Shown piece by piece: positions 10,710 to 19,628 of a stretch of DNA of 19,628 nucleotides (position 1 is its first letter; each line of letters begins with the position of its first letter). The DNA is from Octopus sinensis. Its lineage: Eukaryota. The stretch is taken from the NCBI RefSeq assembly GCF_006345805.1, contig NW_021824212.1, positions 1-19,628 on the forward strand, written 5' to 3'. The translations under genes and the position numbers were made by a program. The notes under the pieces were generated by a model. That model was not told the origin of the DNA. It did no database searches and was given only the letters and a program-made list of their open reading frames with translations.

Positions 10710-11000
10710 CATCATTATCATCATCATCATCATCATTATTACTATTATTATTATTATTATTATATTATTATTATTCATTATTATTATTATTATTATTATC
10801 ATCATCATTATCATCAACACATCATCATCATCATCATCATCATCATTATTACTATTATTATTATTATTATTATTATTATATTATTATTATTATTATTATC
10901 ATCATCATTATCATCAACATCATCATCATCATCATCATCATCATCATTATTACTATTATATTATTATTATTATTGTTGTTGTTGTTATCATTATTATTAT
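10308..11000. repeat. Long (TAT)n/(CAT)n trinucleotide arrays (10308-10417, 10641-11000)
   Basis: Directly visible. They flank the R4-type fragment. Confidence 0.95.
10417..10641 (-). mobile_element. R4/Dong-type non-LTR retrotransposon, extreme 3' fragment (family 1)
   Basis: Minus-strand translation 10641-10516 gives MIKKNSDKYITKTPGLTNTYNIQKIALLGTATLLRRTLSIQ*, homologous to the C-terminus at 12.3-12.5 kb. A short 3'UTR is followed by (TAA)n. Confidence 0.8.
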
Positions 11001-11002
11001 TC

Positions 11003-11298
11003 TTTTTGCCAAATAAACACACGCATTATATATTTGTTCTGCACTTTATTTTCATTACTGTTCTTAATTAAGTGTCCATTGTCTGAAATATTTCGTCACA
11101 CATCATGTGACCGTTTCAGCTACTCTCCGTCCCATGTGTCTCCTGTTTCGTTTGATACTTGTAGGATGGAGAGTCGCTGAAGAGGTAACAGGGGTGTGAT
11201 GTGTGACGGAAGACTTCAGACAAAGGACACTTAATTAAGAACAATAATAAAATCGAAGTGTAGAACGAATATATAGAATGTGTTTATTTGGCAGAAAA
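11003..11298. repeat. Imperfect inverted repeat (arms about 125 bp, spacer about 40 bp) with a degenerate hammerhead-like core in each arm
   Basis: GCCAAATAAACAC..GTTCTTAATTAAGTGTCC..TGTCTGAA..CGTCACACATCA pairs with TGATGTGTGACG..TTCAGACA..GGACACTTAATTAAGAAC..TGTTTATTTGGC. Confidence 0.85.
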
Positions 11299-11574
11299 AA
11301 AAAGAAAAGAAAAGAAAATGACCGTCTCGAAATATCACAATATGATTAATAATTTTTGGTAATAAATATTGTTTATGTGGCCACCACTCAAGTTAGAGGA
11401 GTGGCATGTATAACTGTTTAGGGTGTTGTGTAATGAACAATGAAAAGCACATTGCTAAGCTTTGTGATTATAAAGTGCTTTGCTTTGTAATGTCTAAGTA
11501 ATGTTCTTAATGAAAGATAATGAGGTTCCCTTTATCACCATGGTGTGAGTTTATCTTTTTCATATGCATTTGTC

Positions 11575-11692
11575 ATAGGGGTGGCTTTGTGGTAAGACGT
11601 TTGCTACCCAACCACATGGTTCCGGGTTCAGTACATTGGATGGCGCCTCTTGTACTGTGGTGTCGGTCCAACTAAAGACTTGTGAGTGGATA
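11575..11692 (+). mobile_element. Diverged SINE family A head fragment
   Basis: GTGGCTTTGTGGTAAG..CCAACCACATGGTTCCGGGTTCAGT..CTTGTGAGTGGAT, with an internal deletion relative to the other copies. Confidence 0.8.
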
Positions 11693-11710
11693 TAAGAAAT
11701 CATCATCATC

Positions 11711-12147
11711 ATTATTATTATTATTTTTTTTACTTTTAACCTGCATATTTGTTACAATCATTTGCCGAAACACGCCCAGCCTCCTGGGGCGATTGAAGCA
11801 TAAGAGATATTACAGCTTGACTGGAAGTTTGAGGATGGGAAATAGCAGGGGTAGTAGTGAAATATCTTCATGTAATATAACACAGACATTTAAATGGATA
11901 GGGGCTCTTTAAAGATGTGGGCAGTACTTGTCAGCACAATCTTTTGGATTCCTCTGAGACATGGTTCTCCTGGGATATTATCTAGATGTTTCTGGCATCC
12001 CTTTTTTATCATACCTAGGGCACCTACAATAACAGGAACAGTTCTCGCTTTAAGAAACTACATCTTTTATATTTCAATTTCCAGGTCCTTATATTTACTT
12101 AATTTGTCAAATTCCTTTACTGATACATTTTTATCAGTAGGAATACT
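11711..12147 (-). mobile_element. R4/Dong-type LINE 3' fragment (family 2), pseudogenised endonuclease C-terminus plus 3'UTR
   Basis: Minus-strand translation IPTDKNVSVKEFDKLSKYKDLEIEI*KM*FLKARTVPVIVGALGMIKKGCQKHLDNIPGEPCLRGIQKIVLTSTAHIFKEPLSI* (stop at 11890-92). Ends at (TAA)n/(TGA)n. Confidence 0.85.
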
Positions 12148-12167
12148 TCATCGACTAATCTATTAAT

Positions 12168-13089
12168 ATTTTTTTCCTTCTTTCTTCAAATTTTCTTTCG
12201 TTTCTCGCCGAGTGTTTTCCATACACCTAGGGCAGAGGAGCTCATTGTATGTATTCCCAGATTACACACGCAAATTCACGGGTAAAATATGTATTTAAGA
12301 AAATTAATAAATAAATTCATGAATGGATGTTGTTTTCACAGCGATAATGCTCTTCTCGGTAAATGAGTCGTTCCAGTTAACATGATTTTTTTGCACTTCC
12401 TGTAGGGATGGTAAGCCTGGTATCATTTGCAAATAGGTTTCAGTATTTTTTTTATCATTCCTAGAGATCCTACAATCACTGGTACTGTAGTCGCCTTGAG
12501 ATGCCACATTTTTTCAATTTCTATTAACAGGTATTTATATTTACTGATCTTGTCAAATTCTATCGCCGCTATATTGTGATCGCAAGGAATACTCATGTCA
12601 ATTAATAAACACACCTTTTTTGTCTGATCTTTTATAATAATATCCGGTTTATTAGCTTTTATAGTCCTGTCGGTCTGCACGGGAAGTCCCAGAGAATCGA
12701 CACAATTTCTCCCTCAGTCACAGCTTCAGGATGATGTTTATACCATTTGTCAGCGGTTTTGATTTTATAATGCCGGCATATTGTCCAGTGTAAATACTGG
12801 CCGACTCTGTCATGTCTTGCTTTATATTCTACAGGTGCTAAGACTCTACACCCTGAGATTAGGTGGTCTATAGTTTCAATCTCATCGTTACAGAATCGGC
12901 ATTTTGGGTCAGCTCCATTTTTTTTATCATATTGGCTCGGTAGTTCCGGGTTAATAAGCTTTGGGCTTGAGCAGCTAATATGAAACCTTCACTCTCTGCT
13001 TTTAGCCCTGAGCTTCGTAACCATTGGTGCGTGTGTTTCTGGTCGACATCAGCTTGTTTGCTACGGGCACATACTTGCCATGCAGAGGT
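12168..13089 (-). mobile_element. R4/Dong-type LINE, 5'-truncated (family 3): CCHC zinc knuckle plus restriction-like endonuclease, frameshifted
   Basis: Minus-strand translation: PLHGKY..WLRSSGLKAESEGFILAAQ..CRFCNDEIETIDHLISGC..YKARHDRVG..ILWDFP/VQTDRTIKANKPDIIIKD..LIDMSIP..KISKY. This shows the CCHC, RHD and PD-D-K motifs, with several frameshifts. Confidence 0.92.
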
Positions 13090-13285
13090 ATTATTATTGT
13101 TATTATTATTATTATTGTTGTTGTTGTTGTCGTCGTCGTCATCGTTGTTGTCGTTGTTTAAATCAGTTTGATTCGGTTCCCTGAGACGTATAGTTTCGCA
13201 GGCTTCTAACAGAAAACAGGTTCGTTCAGGCTTAGATTATCGAATGAAGAAACACAGAAATCCAAGATGGTTACTGGAAATCCAA

Positions 13286-13306
13286 GACACACGCACACAT
13301 GCGCGT

Positions 13307-13394
<88 letters not shown>

Positions 13395-13656
13395 ATACAC
13401 ACATACATGTGCATGTGCGCGCTCGCACAGGTGTGTCTGTGTGTGTGTGTGTGTGCGTCTTTATCTTTGTTTTGTGTTTGTTCTCCTCACCGCTTGACAG
13501 CCGATGATAGTTTGCTTATGTCCCCGTCATTTAGCAGTTCGGCATAAAATACACCGATAGAATAAGCACCAGGCTTTAAAAAGTATAAGTACTGGGCGAG
13601 GTCGATTCGTTCGACCAAAATTCTTCAAGGCTGTGCACCATCATGGCCGCAGTCTA
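13286..13656 (+). mobile_element. (CA)n/(TG)n microsatellite plus 3' half of an older family A SINE
   Basis: CGCTTGACAGCCGATG..TTAGCAGTTCGGC..CCGATAGAATAAGCACCAGGC..CATGGCCGCAGTC matches the family A tail. Confidence 0.75.
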
Positions 13657-13812
13657 TCATGGCTACGACTATCCTCACTCCTTTGATATATTCTCCCCTT
13701 GAGAATATAAATTGTCCAGTAATTAATGTATGGAAATTCATTTGTGTAGGACAATAGTAAATGACAAAGGATTATGAAGTCATAGTTTGTTCGTTGGTTC
13801 GTTGGTTCGCTC

Positions 13813-13950
13813 GTGGTGGTGGTGTGGTGGTGGTGGCGGGCGGGCGGCGACGGTGGCGGCGGCGACGGTGGCGGCGGCGGCGGCGACGGGGCGGCGGCGG
13901 CGACGGTGGCGGCGGCGGCTGGCGGCGGCGGCGTTGGTGGCGGCCGTTGG
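13813..13950. repeat. (GGT)/(GGC)n GC-rich trinucleotide tract
   Basis: Directly visible. Confidence 0.9.
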
Positions 13951-14142
13951 TTGGTGCCGTTCAACTCAGGTCAATCCTAATTCATCAGACTTAGGAAAAC
14001 AATTACGCTCTTTGACAATTACGTTTATCTATTTATATATTTATTTATTTATTTTTATTTTGTTTCCTAGAAGTATCTAGGACTTCATTATAAATCATTG
14101 GTTTCATACTTTGTATTAGTAACTATTTTTTCCAGTATCTAT

Positions 14143-14532
14143 TCTCTTTCTCTTTCTCTTTTACTTGTTTCAGTCATTTGACTGCGGCCATGCTGGAGCA
14201 CCGCCTTTTTAATCGAGCAAACTCGACCCCGGGACTTATTCTATCGGTCTCTTTTTTGCCGAACCGCTACGTGACGGGGACGTAAACACACCAGCATCGG
14301 TTGTCAAGCGATGCTAGGGGGTCAAACACAGACACACAAACACACACATACATATATATACATATATACGACAGGCTTCTTTCAGTTTCCGTCTACCAAA
14401 TCCACTCACAAGGCATTGGTCGGCCCGAGGCTATAGCAGAAGACACTTGCCCAAGATGCCACGCAGTGGGACTGAACCCGGAACCATGTGGTTGGTTAGC
14501 AAGCTACTTACCACACAGCCACTCCTGCGCCT
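14143..14532 (-). mobile_element. SINE family A, full length, uninterrupted
   Basis: Complete reverse complement with a short central microsatellite. Confidence 0.92.
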
Positions 14533-14646
14533 ATAATATTATTTTATATTTTTCACGACCTGTTTTCTGATTATAACTTGAACGAAATTGACGACACAAT
14601 GCGATAATGATATGATATTACAATAATAATATTATAGAGCATATCT

Positions 14647-14878
14647 ATTTCTTTACTACCCACAAGGGGCTAAACACAGAGAGGACAAATAAGGACAGAC
14701 AAACGGATTAAACCGATTTTATCGACCCCAGTGCGTAACTAGTACTTATTTAATCGACCCCGAAAGGATGAAAGGCAAAGTCGACCTCGGCGGAATTTGA
14801 ACTCAGAACGTAGCGGCAGACGAAATACTTCTAAGCATTTCGCCCGGCGTGCTAACGATTCTGCCAAGCTCGCCGCCC
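14647..14878 (-). mobile_element. SINE family B, full length with TSD
   Basis: Reverse complement of 1431-1656. Flanks TATTATAGAGCATATCT (14630-46) and TATTATATAGCATATCT (14879-95), 17 bp with 1 mismatch. Confidence 0.9.
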
Positions 14879-15099
14879 TATTATATAGCATATCTGTAGA
14901 TTTCAAAGTCAATATTGCGCAATACGATGAATGTAAATAGTTTACCTTAACAGGATGCTCGTAGATAGGAAAACGAAGGAACGGCTTGTGCACATTTTGA
15001 TTATTGTGGCAATCGTCATCAGAATCCCCTAATATTGGTGTGTTTCTAAGCAGAATCTTTGTTGATACTTAAGGAGAGAACACAGTTGCTGATGATGAT

Positions 15100-15497
15100 G
15101 TTTGTTTGTTTGTTTGTTTGTTTGTTGAGCGAAGCGGTTTTCGTCCCAGAGTGGGAGAAGTCCGATACGTGGTCCTTTGCTATTCGTAAGACTCGCAGAA
15201 GAGAAAGCAGGTCAACCCCACGACACCGAGAGCATCGACGGATGGATGAATGCGCATCCAGGCTCGGCGGTTGCGTAGAAAGTCGAGGACAAGGAACAGG
15301 AAGAAAGAGTGAGAGAGAAAGTTGGAGCGAAAGAGTACAACAGGGACCGCCACCTCCACCCCCACCCCCCTGTCGGAGCCTAGTGGAGCTTTAGGTGTTT
15401 TCGCTCAATAAACACACACAACGCCCGGTCTGGAAATCGAAACCGCGATATTCCGAGCACGAGTCCGCTGCCCTAACCACTGGGCCATTGCGCCTCC
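15100..15497 (-). mobile_element. SINE family D (tRNA-derived, (AAAC)n tail) with TSD
   Basis: Minus-strand head GGAGGCGCAATGGCCCAGTGGTTAGGGCAGCGGACTC..GGTTTCGATTTCC and (AAAC)n tail. Flanks TGCTGATGATGAT (15087-99) and TGCTGATGCTGAT (15498-510). Confidence 0.85.
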
Positions 15498-15569
15498 TGC
15501 TGATGCTGATTCCAGCAAGAATCGAAATATACATATAGCTGCCCCTTCTTTTTCTATCCATGAGCGTAC

Positions 15570-15662
15570 GCATTTGTCATAGGGGTGGCTTTGTGGTAAG
15601 ACGTTTGCTACCCAACCACATGGTTCCGGGTTCAGTACATTGGATGGCGCCTCTTGTACTGT
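15570..15662 (+). repeat. 93-bp exact duplicate of 11566-11658 (diverged family A SINE head plus short flank)
   Basis: Base-for-base identical by manual comparison. Confidence 0.9.
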
Positions 15663-15834
15663 AGATGCAAATTTATACCGTTAGTTATCAAATCTACAGA
15701 CATATCCAATATCACTTTATCGCAACGAAAGGCACCAGTAATTAAATGCTCGATCACGCCGCCACATGTGCTGAATATGCAAATTAGTCTATCCATTTAA
15801 ATTTAGAGTGTAATATTAGTAGATTTATAAGCAA

Positions 15835-16227
15835 CTAGCAGTATCCCCCGGCGTTGCTCGGGTTTGTAAGGGAAATAACTATAAAGCATTTTTAGAGAGT
15901 TATAGCCAAAAAATAGCAAAAAATGCATTAAAAATGGAAAAAAATTATGGTAATTTTTTTTTTAAATCGTTGACTCATCGTAGACATTTTTAGAGAGTTA
16001 CTTCCCTTATATTTTAAAAAATATACATTAAAATGGAAAAAAATGATGGTAAATTATTTTTTAAATCGTAGACTCATCGTAGACGCGCGCTAATACCCAG
16101 AAGGGCTCGATATGAATCACGACTATAAGATACCCGGTTTTGGTTAAACTGCACCGCAAAATGTGGGAGTAGTTAGGAATCGAAATCGAAGGGGACAGAC
16201 ACACAACCTTTCTTTTATATATAAAGA
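15835..16227 (-). mobile_element. Non-autonomous Helitron (same family as 4875-5373) with an internal tandem duplication of about 98 bp
   Basis: 5' TC(TTTATATATAAAAG), 3' hairpin plus CTAG, A|T insertion site. The unit CATTTTTAGAGAGTTA...CTCATCGTAGA occurs at about 15888-15984 and 15985-16083. Confidence 0.88.
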
Positions 16228-16244
16228 TGTGTTATGGATATTTA

Positions 16245-16504
16245 CAGGTGATCCGGTGGGGTGCTGAAGAAAAATGGGGCGATAATGGGGTGATCAAAAC
16301 GGAGCAATGGACGTAAAAAAAACTAAACAAACAAACAAATAACAGGTTGATTAGGTTAAGTTTTATTTGTGAAATACTATTGTTTTGAATCTTCTGCAGA
16401 AAATGGTCTATGTCTGAGATGGTAAGTGTATGGGGGCGGGGGGTACTAGGAATGTGGCCTTAGAACCAAGGGGGTGGCAGCCTGAAAAGGTTTGGGAACC
16501 GCTG
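16245..16504. mobile_element. Possible old hAT/Charlie-like MITE fragment
   Basis: End AAAAGGTTTGGGAACCGCTG resembles a Charlie-type terminal inverted repeat (CAGYGGTTCCCAAAC). No matching left end was found. Confidence 0.35.
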
Positions 16505-17428
16505 AACATTCATATATGGAATTAAACTAGTGTAGAAAGATGTTGCTACTGTTTGTTTGTTTGTTGTTTAGCTTCATATCAGATCATACAGAACCATGGT
16601 GAAACGCATTCCATCTGTTACCATACTACCATTCTCGTACTACCATTCTCGCAGGTAAATTGCACGCAGGACTACACTGTCCAACGGATCCTTGTTTTCC
16701 AAGACGGTTTAGTACAATTGAAGATTTCACTGCAATTTCTAGCTTTTGAGAAACCTGATAAAGGCTCTTTGCTTCAGTTGGTTCGAGTGGAATAGTTGTA
16801 ATAATTCCTGCCGTGTCTCTTGCTGCTGTAATTTTCCTTGCTTAAATTTCTAACTCGAGAGTGTTATTGTTCTTGTTACATGAAATCGCTCTTATCATTT
16901 ACTAAGTTGTTATTTTTGTAACGAATAAAGTTCTATCCTCATTCTTTTATAATTAAATTTCAGATCTTGCAGAGTGTATTTGTGTGTCGGGTTAAGTACA
17001 TTTTTATTGCTACCTGTGTATCTGTGTTTATTGCTTTCACCTCAGAACAAATCGTTAAGTTTGACGTTTTATTTTCATAAACTTTTTTTTTTTAATCTCT
17101 AAAGCTCTAGAAATTTGTTGAATAGTTTGACTTCGACCTCCTTTCAGTTTGGTCATATATTATATTTCTCAGATTGGTAGAAATTAGTACAAAAGTTAAG
17201 AAGTATAATTAAATCTGGACAAATTCAAAATAATAAGTGTCTGGCTTAGTTTTAACCCATTGCCTGTCTAAAGCATTTTAATAACATTCTTCTAAACTCC
17301 CATGTTTGTTTCGAGACTTTTAGTTCGGCCTTGTTTCATATATTCTGAGTAATATATAAAGCTTTCTGTTCATAAATCATAAGTTACTCTGGTGGGTGGA
17401 AAAACTAAGTGGGAATGTATAACATATA

Positions 17429-18323
17429 CAATGTCTGATCAATAAGTATCTGGACTGTTGCAGTAGTAATGAAGCTAAAGTACGCAGAGTGAAGCTGCTT
17501 GGCGAAGATTGACCTTGGACTTTGCTGTGCATGCGCACTAAGTTTTAACGTCCTACCTCACTTCCGCTGTTTACAGCAGTGCTTGGAAGGAAGGTGTGTA
17601 GTGTGTGGTCGTCGCATTGACCATGACAGAGAATGCTGTCATGGCGATACCTGCTCAGAAGCCTATGCGAAGTTGCACAAAGTGTATGGAGAATAGTGTA
17701 GAAGTCGCACAGAAGTGTGTGAGTGGTCCAGACATTTACAAGATGGCCGAAAAATGCAGATATTGATGAACGTTCAGGGAGACCCACAACCAGCACAACT
17801 GAGAAAGACATCACAGATGTGCGTGCAGCAGTGAGGGGAAATCATCAAATCACCATCCGTTAGTTATCAGAGGATGTGCAGATTAGTTACGGTTCAGTTC
17901 AGTCCATTATCACTGAAGATTTGGGTATGAGGCGCGTGTCTGTCAAGCCTGTGTCAAAAACTGCTTTCAGCTGGACAAAAAGACTCGGGTTTCAGTTACA
18001 CAAGATCTCCTTAATTGTGTTGAGAACGATGAAAACTTCTTGAAAACTTTGTGTAGGTCTCTGAGCAGGTATCACCAAGCTTTTGGCAAAATTTAAAGCA
18101 AATTCTCTGCTCAACTTTCTCTGTCATGTTCAATGCGACAGTCACACACTACACACCTTCAAAATACTGCCGTAAAACAGGCAGAGGTTAGCTAGCTAGA
18201 CCATTAAAACTTAGTGCTTATATACAGCAGAGTTCAAGGTCAATCTGTGCCGAGCGGCTTTACTCTGCGTGCTTTAACTTCGTTACTATGTCAACAGTTC
18301 GGATACTTATTGATCAGACCGCG
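17429..18323 (+). mobile_element. Mariner-derived non-autonomous fold-back element with long terminal inverted repeats and transposase N-terminal remnant
   Basis: TA TSDs at 17427-28 and 18324-25. Terminus GTCTGATCAATAAGTATC on both ends, inverted arms about 250-280 bp. Degraded transposase: GDTCSEAYAKLHKVYGE*..EW..DGR..DERSGRPTTS..ITIR*LSEDVQISYGSVQSIITEDLGMRRVS..ENDENFLK. No DD34D domain is present. Confidence 0.92.
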
Positions 18324-18453
18324 TATGACGTATAAGAATCAGGGAAACAGGTAACGAGTATCACATGTGGCAACACAGAACAGGCAAACGGCTAACATTT
18401 CAGACAACCCAAGAAAAATGAAATTTTTTTAAAAATAAAAGTAATGATAGGGA

Positions 18454-18609
18454 ACGGGTTTCTTTAAGTTTCCGTCTACCAAATCCATTAGCAAGGCTTT
18501 GGTCAACCCGGAGCTATATTTGAGGATACTTGCCCAAGGTATTGTGCAGTGAGATTGAAGCCAATTCCAAATGGTTGAGCAACAAGCTTCTAACTAAACA
18601 CTACACCTG
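18454..18609 (-). mobile_element. Old family A SINE head fragment
   Basis: AGTTTCCGTCTACCAAATCCA..CAAGGCTTTGGTC..ACTTGCCCAAGGT. Confidence 0.75.
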
Positions 18610-18841
18610 AGAGCACGTACAAAAAAAAGTATATATTATTAGATACTAATAAACGACACAATATACAGCTAGTGAATGTTATGGGGTAACGTAATGTCAT
18701 TTATAAGAAAACAGTGGAAGATCTACTTCGAAAGCAATGTTTCTTCCATTGAATTCAGGTTGTGAGAATTAAACGTGGGTGTGGTAGTGGACACACTGAC
18801 AGTCGTATTTAATAAAAAGAAGTGATTTTAAGCTTTTATAT

Positions 18842-19095
18842 ACTCTTACTCTCTTTTACTCTTTTACTTGTTTCAGTCATTTGACAGTGGCCATGCTGGA
18901 GCACCGCCTTTAGTCGAGCAAATCGACCCCAGGACTTATTCTTTGTAAGCCTAGCACTTATTTTATCGGTCTCTTTTGTCGAACTGCTAAGTTACGGGGA
19001 CGTAGCACACCACCATCGGTTGTCAAGCGATGTTGGGGGGACAAACACACACAACGTATACATACACATACATATATATATAATATATATATATA
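18842..19095 (-). mobile_element. SINE family A 3' half; central microsatellite followed by an HHR-bearing insert
   Basis: Tail colinear with the other copies. The head is not in the window. Confidence 0.88.
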
Positions 19096-19111
19096 CAAAT
19101 TATTACATTAT

Positions 19112-19628
19112 ATAAAAGGGCTTAGTAAATAAATTACTTTGCCGCATACTGAACTCATTAGAAATAGTAGCTAAAAAAACTTTTTAAAAAACTATTTCTA
19201 ATACTTAAAGAAAACCTCTCTCATATAGTGTTTGCTCAATTCAACTCACGAAAGTATGGGGGTAAAGACATTAAAAAATCAAATGCAAAGGTTATTTGAG
19301 AACGTACGTTTCAAGATTAGTCAACTCGACATTTCTATCATCAGCTCAGAACTCCTTGGTTTGGATTTGAAAACACTGAAATGGGAGCATACCCTTTCGG
19401 CTTCTTATCGCTTCTGAAGATCTGCTCGAAACTAACAGTACCAGCAAACTCAAATATGCAAGCGAAGTATTTCTGCTCTCCCCTTTTCCACCAGCGTGGG
19501 TTAAAATCAGTAAACACTATGCTTTTTTCGGTAAAATCCGAGGCATTAAATAGAGAGAGATATTATAATTTCAACAACAATTGAGGGTAAAATTAATTAA
19601 TAATTAATTAATTTTACCCTCAATTGTT
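19112..19628 (-). mobile_element. Probable Penelope-like or retrozyme-like non-coding element carrying a hammerhead; runs off the window
   Basis: Abuts the (TA)-rich tract. Minus-strand 3' end ...AAGCCCTTTT, hairpin TTAGAAATAGT/ACTATTTCTAA, HHR at 19297-19348 and a palindrome at 19576-19628. Confidence 0.55.
19297..19348 (-). ncRNA. Minimal type I hammerhead ribozyme with palindromic stem III
   Basis: Minus strand reads UGAG-CUGAUGA-U AGA aau GUC(gaguu)GAC uaa UCU U-GAAA-CGUACG-UU-CUCA. Stem I UGAG/CUCA, AACGUACGUU is a perfect palindrome, triplet GUU. The base of stem II is imperfect (U-U). Confidence 0.7.

Noticed and set aside
10221-11180. 124-192 aa poly-L/I/Y/H ORFs
   Set aside because: They are (TAT)n/(CAT)n artefacts. 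The only coding signal there is the minus-strand LINE remnant.
13178-13200. TCCCTGAGAC, matching the miR-125 5' end
   Set aside because: Only 10 nt match and there is no complementary precursor arm.
13641-14080. Pro/Ala/His-rich ORF resembling a transcription-factor low-complexity region
   Set aside because: It is explained by the (GGC)/(GGT)n tract. No domain or convincing splice sites are present.
640-15497. tRNA-like sequences
   Set aside because: They are SINE heads without complete cloverleaves, not tRNA genes. No CRISPR-like repeat-spacer array or prokaryotic operon is present.
15665-15784. Two ATGCAAAT octamer motifs
   Set aside because: Plausible by chance in AT-rich DNA. No snRNA gene or promoter context was seen.
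16620-16845. About 70-codon ATG-less minus-strand frame faintly like the mariner HTH-to-WVPHEL linker (..SQKLEIAVKSSIVLNRLGKQGSVGQCSP..)
   Set aside because: Similarity is too weak to call without an HMM search, and no terminal repeats were found.
19410-19445. Plus-strand CTGAAGA..GAAACTAACAGTA hammerhead-like string
   Set aside because: Stems I and II cannot form. At best it is a decayed motif.

Overview
Eukaryotic, repeat-saturated non-coding DNA (intron or intergenic). The SINE families and microsatellite density point to an octopod (Octopus-like) genome; this rests on my recognition of the repeats, not on a database search. No intact host gene is supported, and almost all track ORFs are microsatellite artefacts. 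Contents: about 15 full or partial copies of four tRNA-derived SINE families, three different 5'-truncated R4/Dong-type LINE remnants (restriction-like endonuclease) clustered at (TAA)n tracts, two non-autonomous Helitrons, one fold-back mariner derivative and many microsatellites. The most interesting signal is a set of type-I hammerhead ribozyme (HHR) motifs in short non-coding elements. The best is a 503-nt hairpin-rich monomer with about 90 nt terminal redundancy and a canonical HHR, sitting in (TA)n (8377-8969). It has the architecture of a retrozyme or Penelope-like pseudo-LTR. A second HHR lies at 19297-19348 (-), and degenerate HHR-like cores occur at about 1.2 kb and about 11.1 kb.
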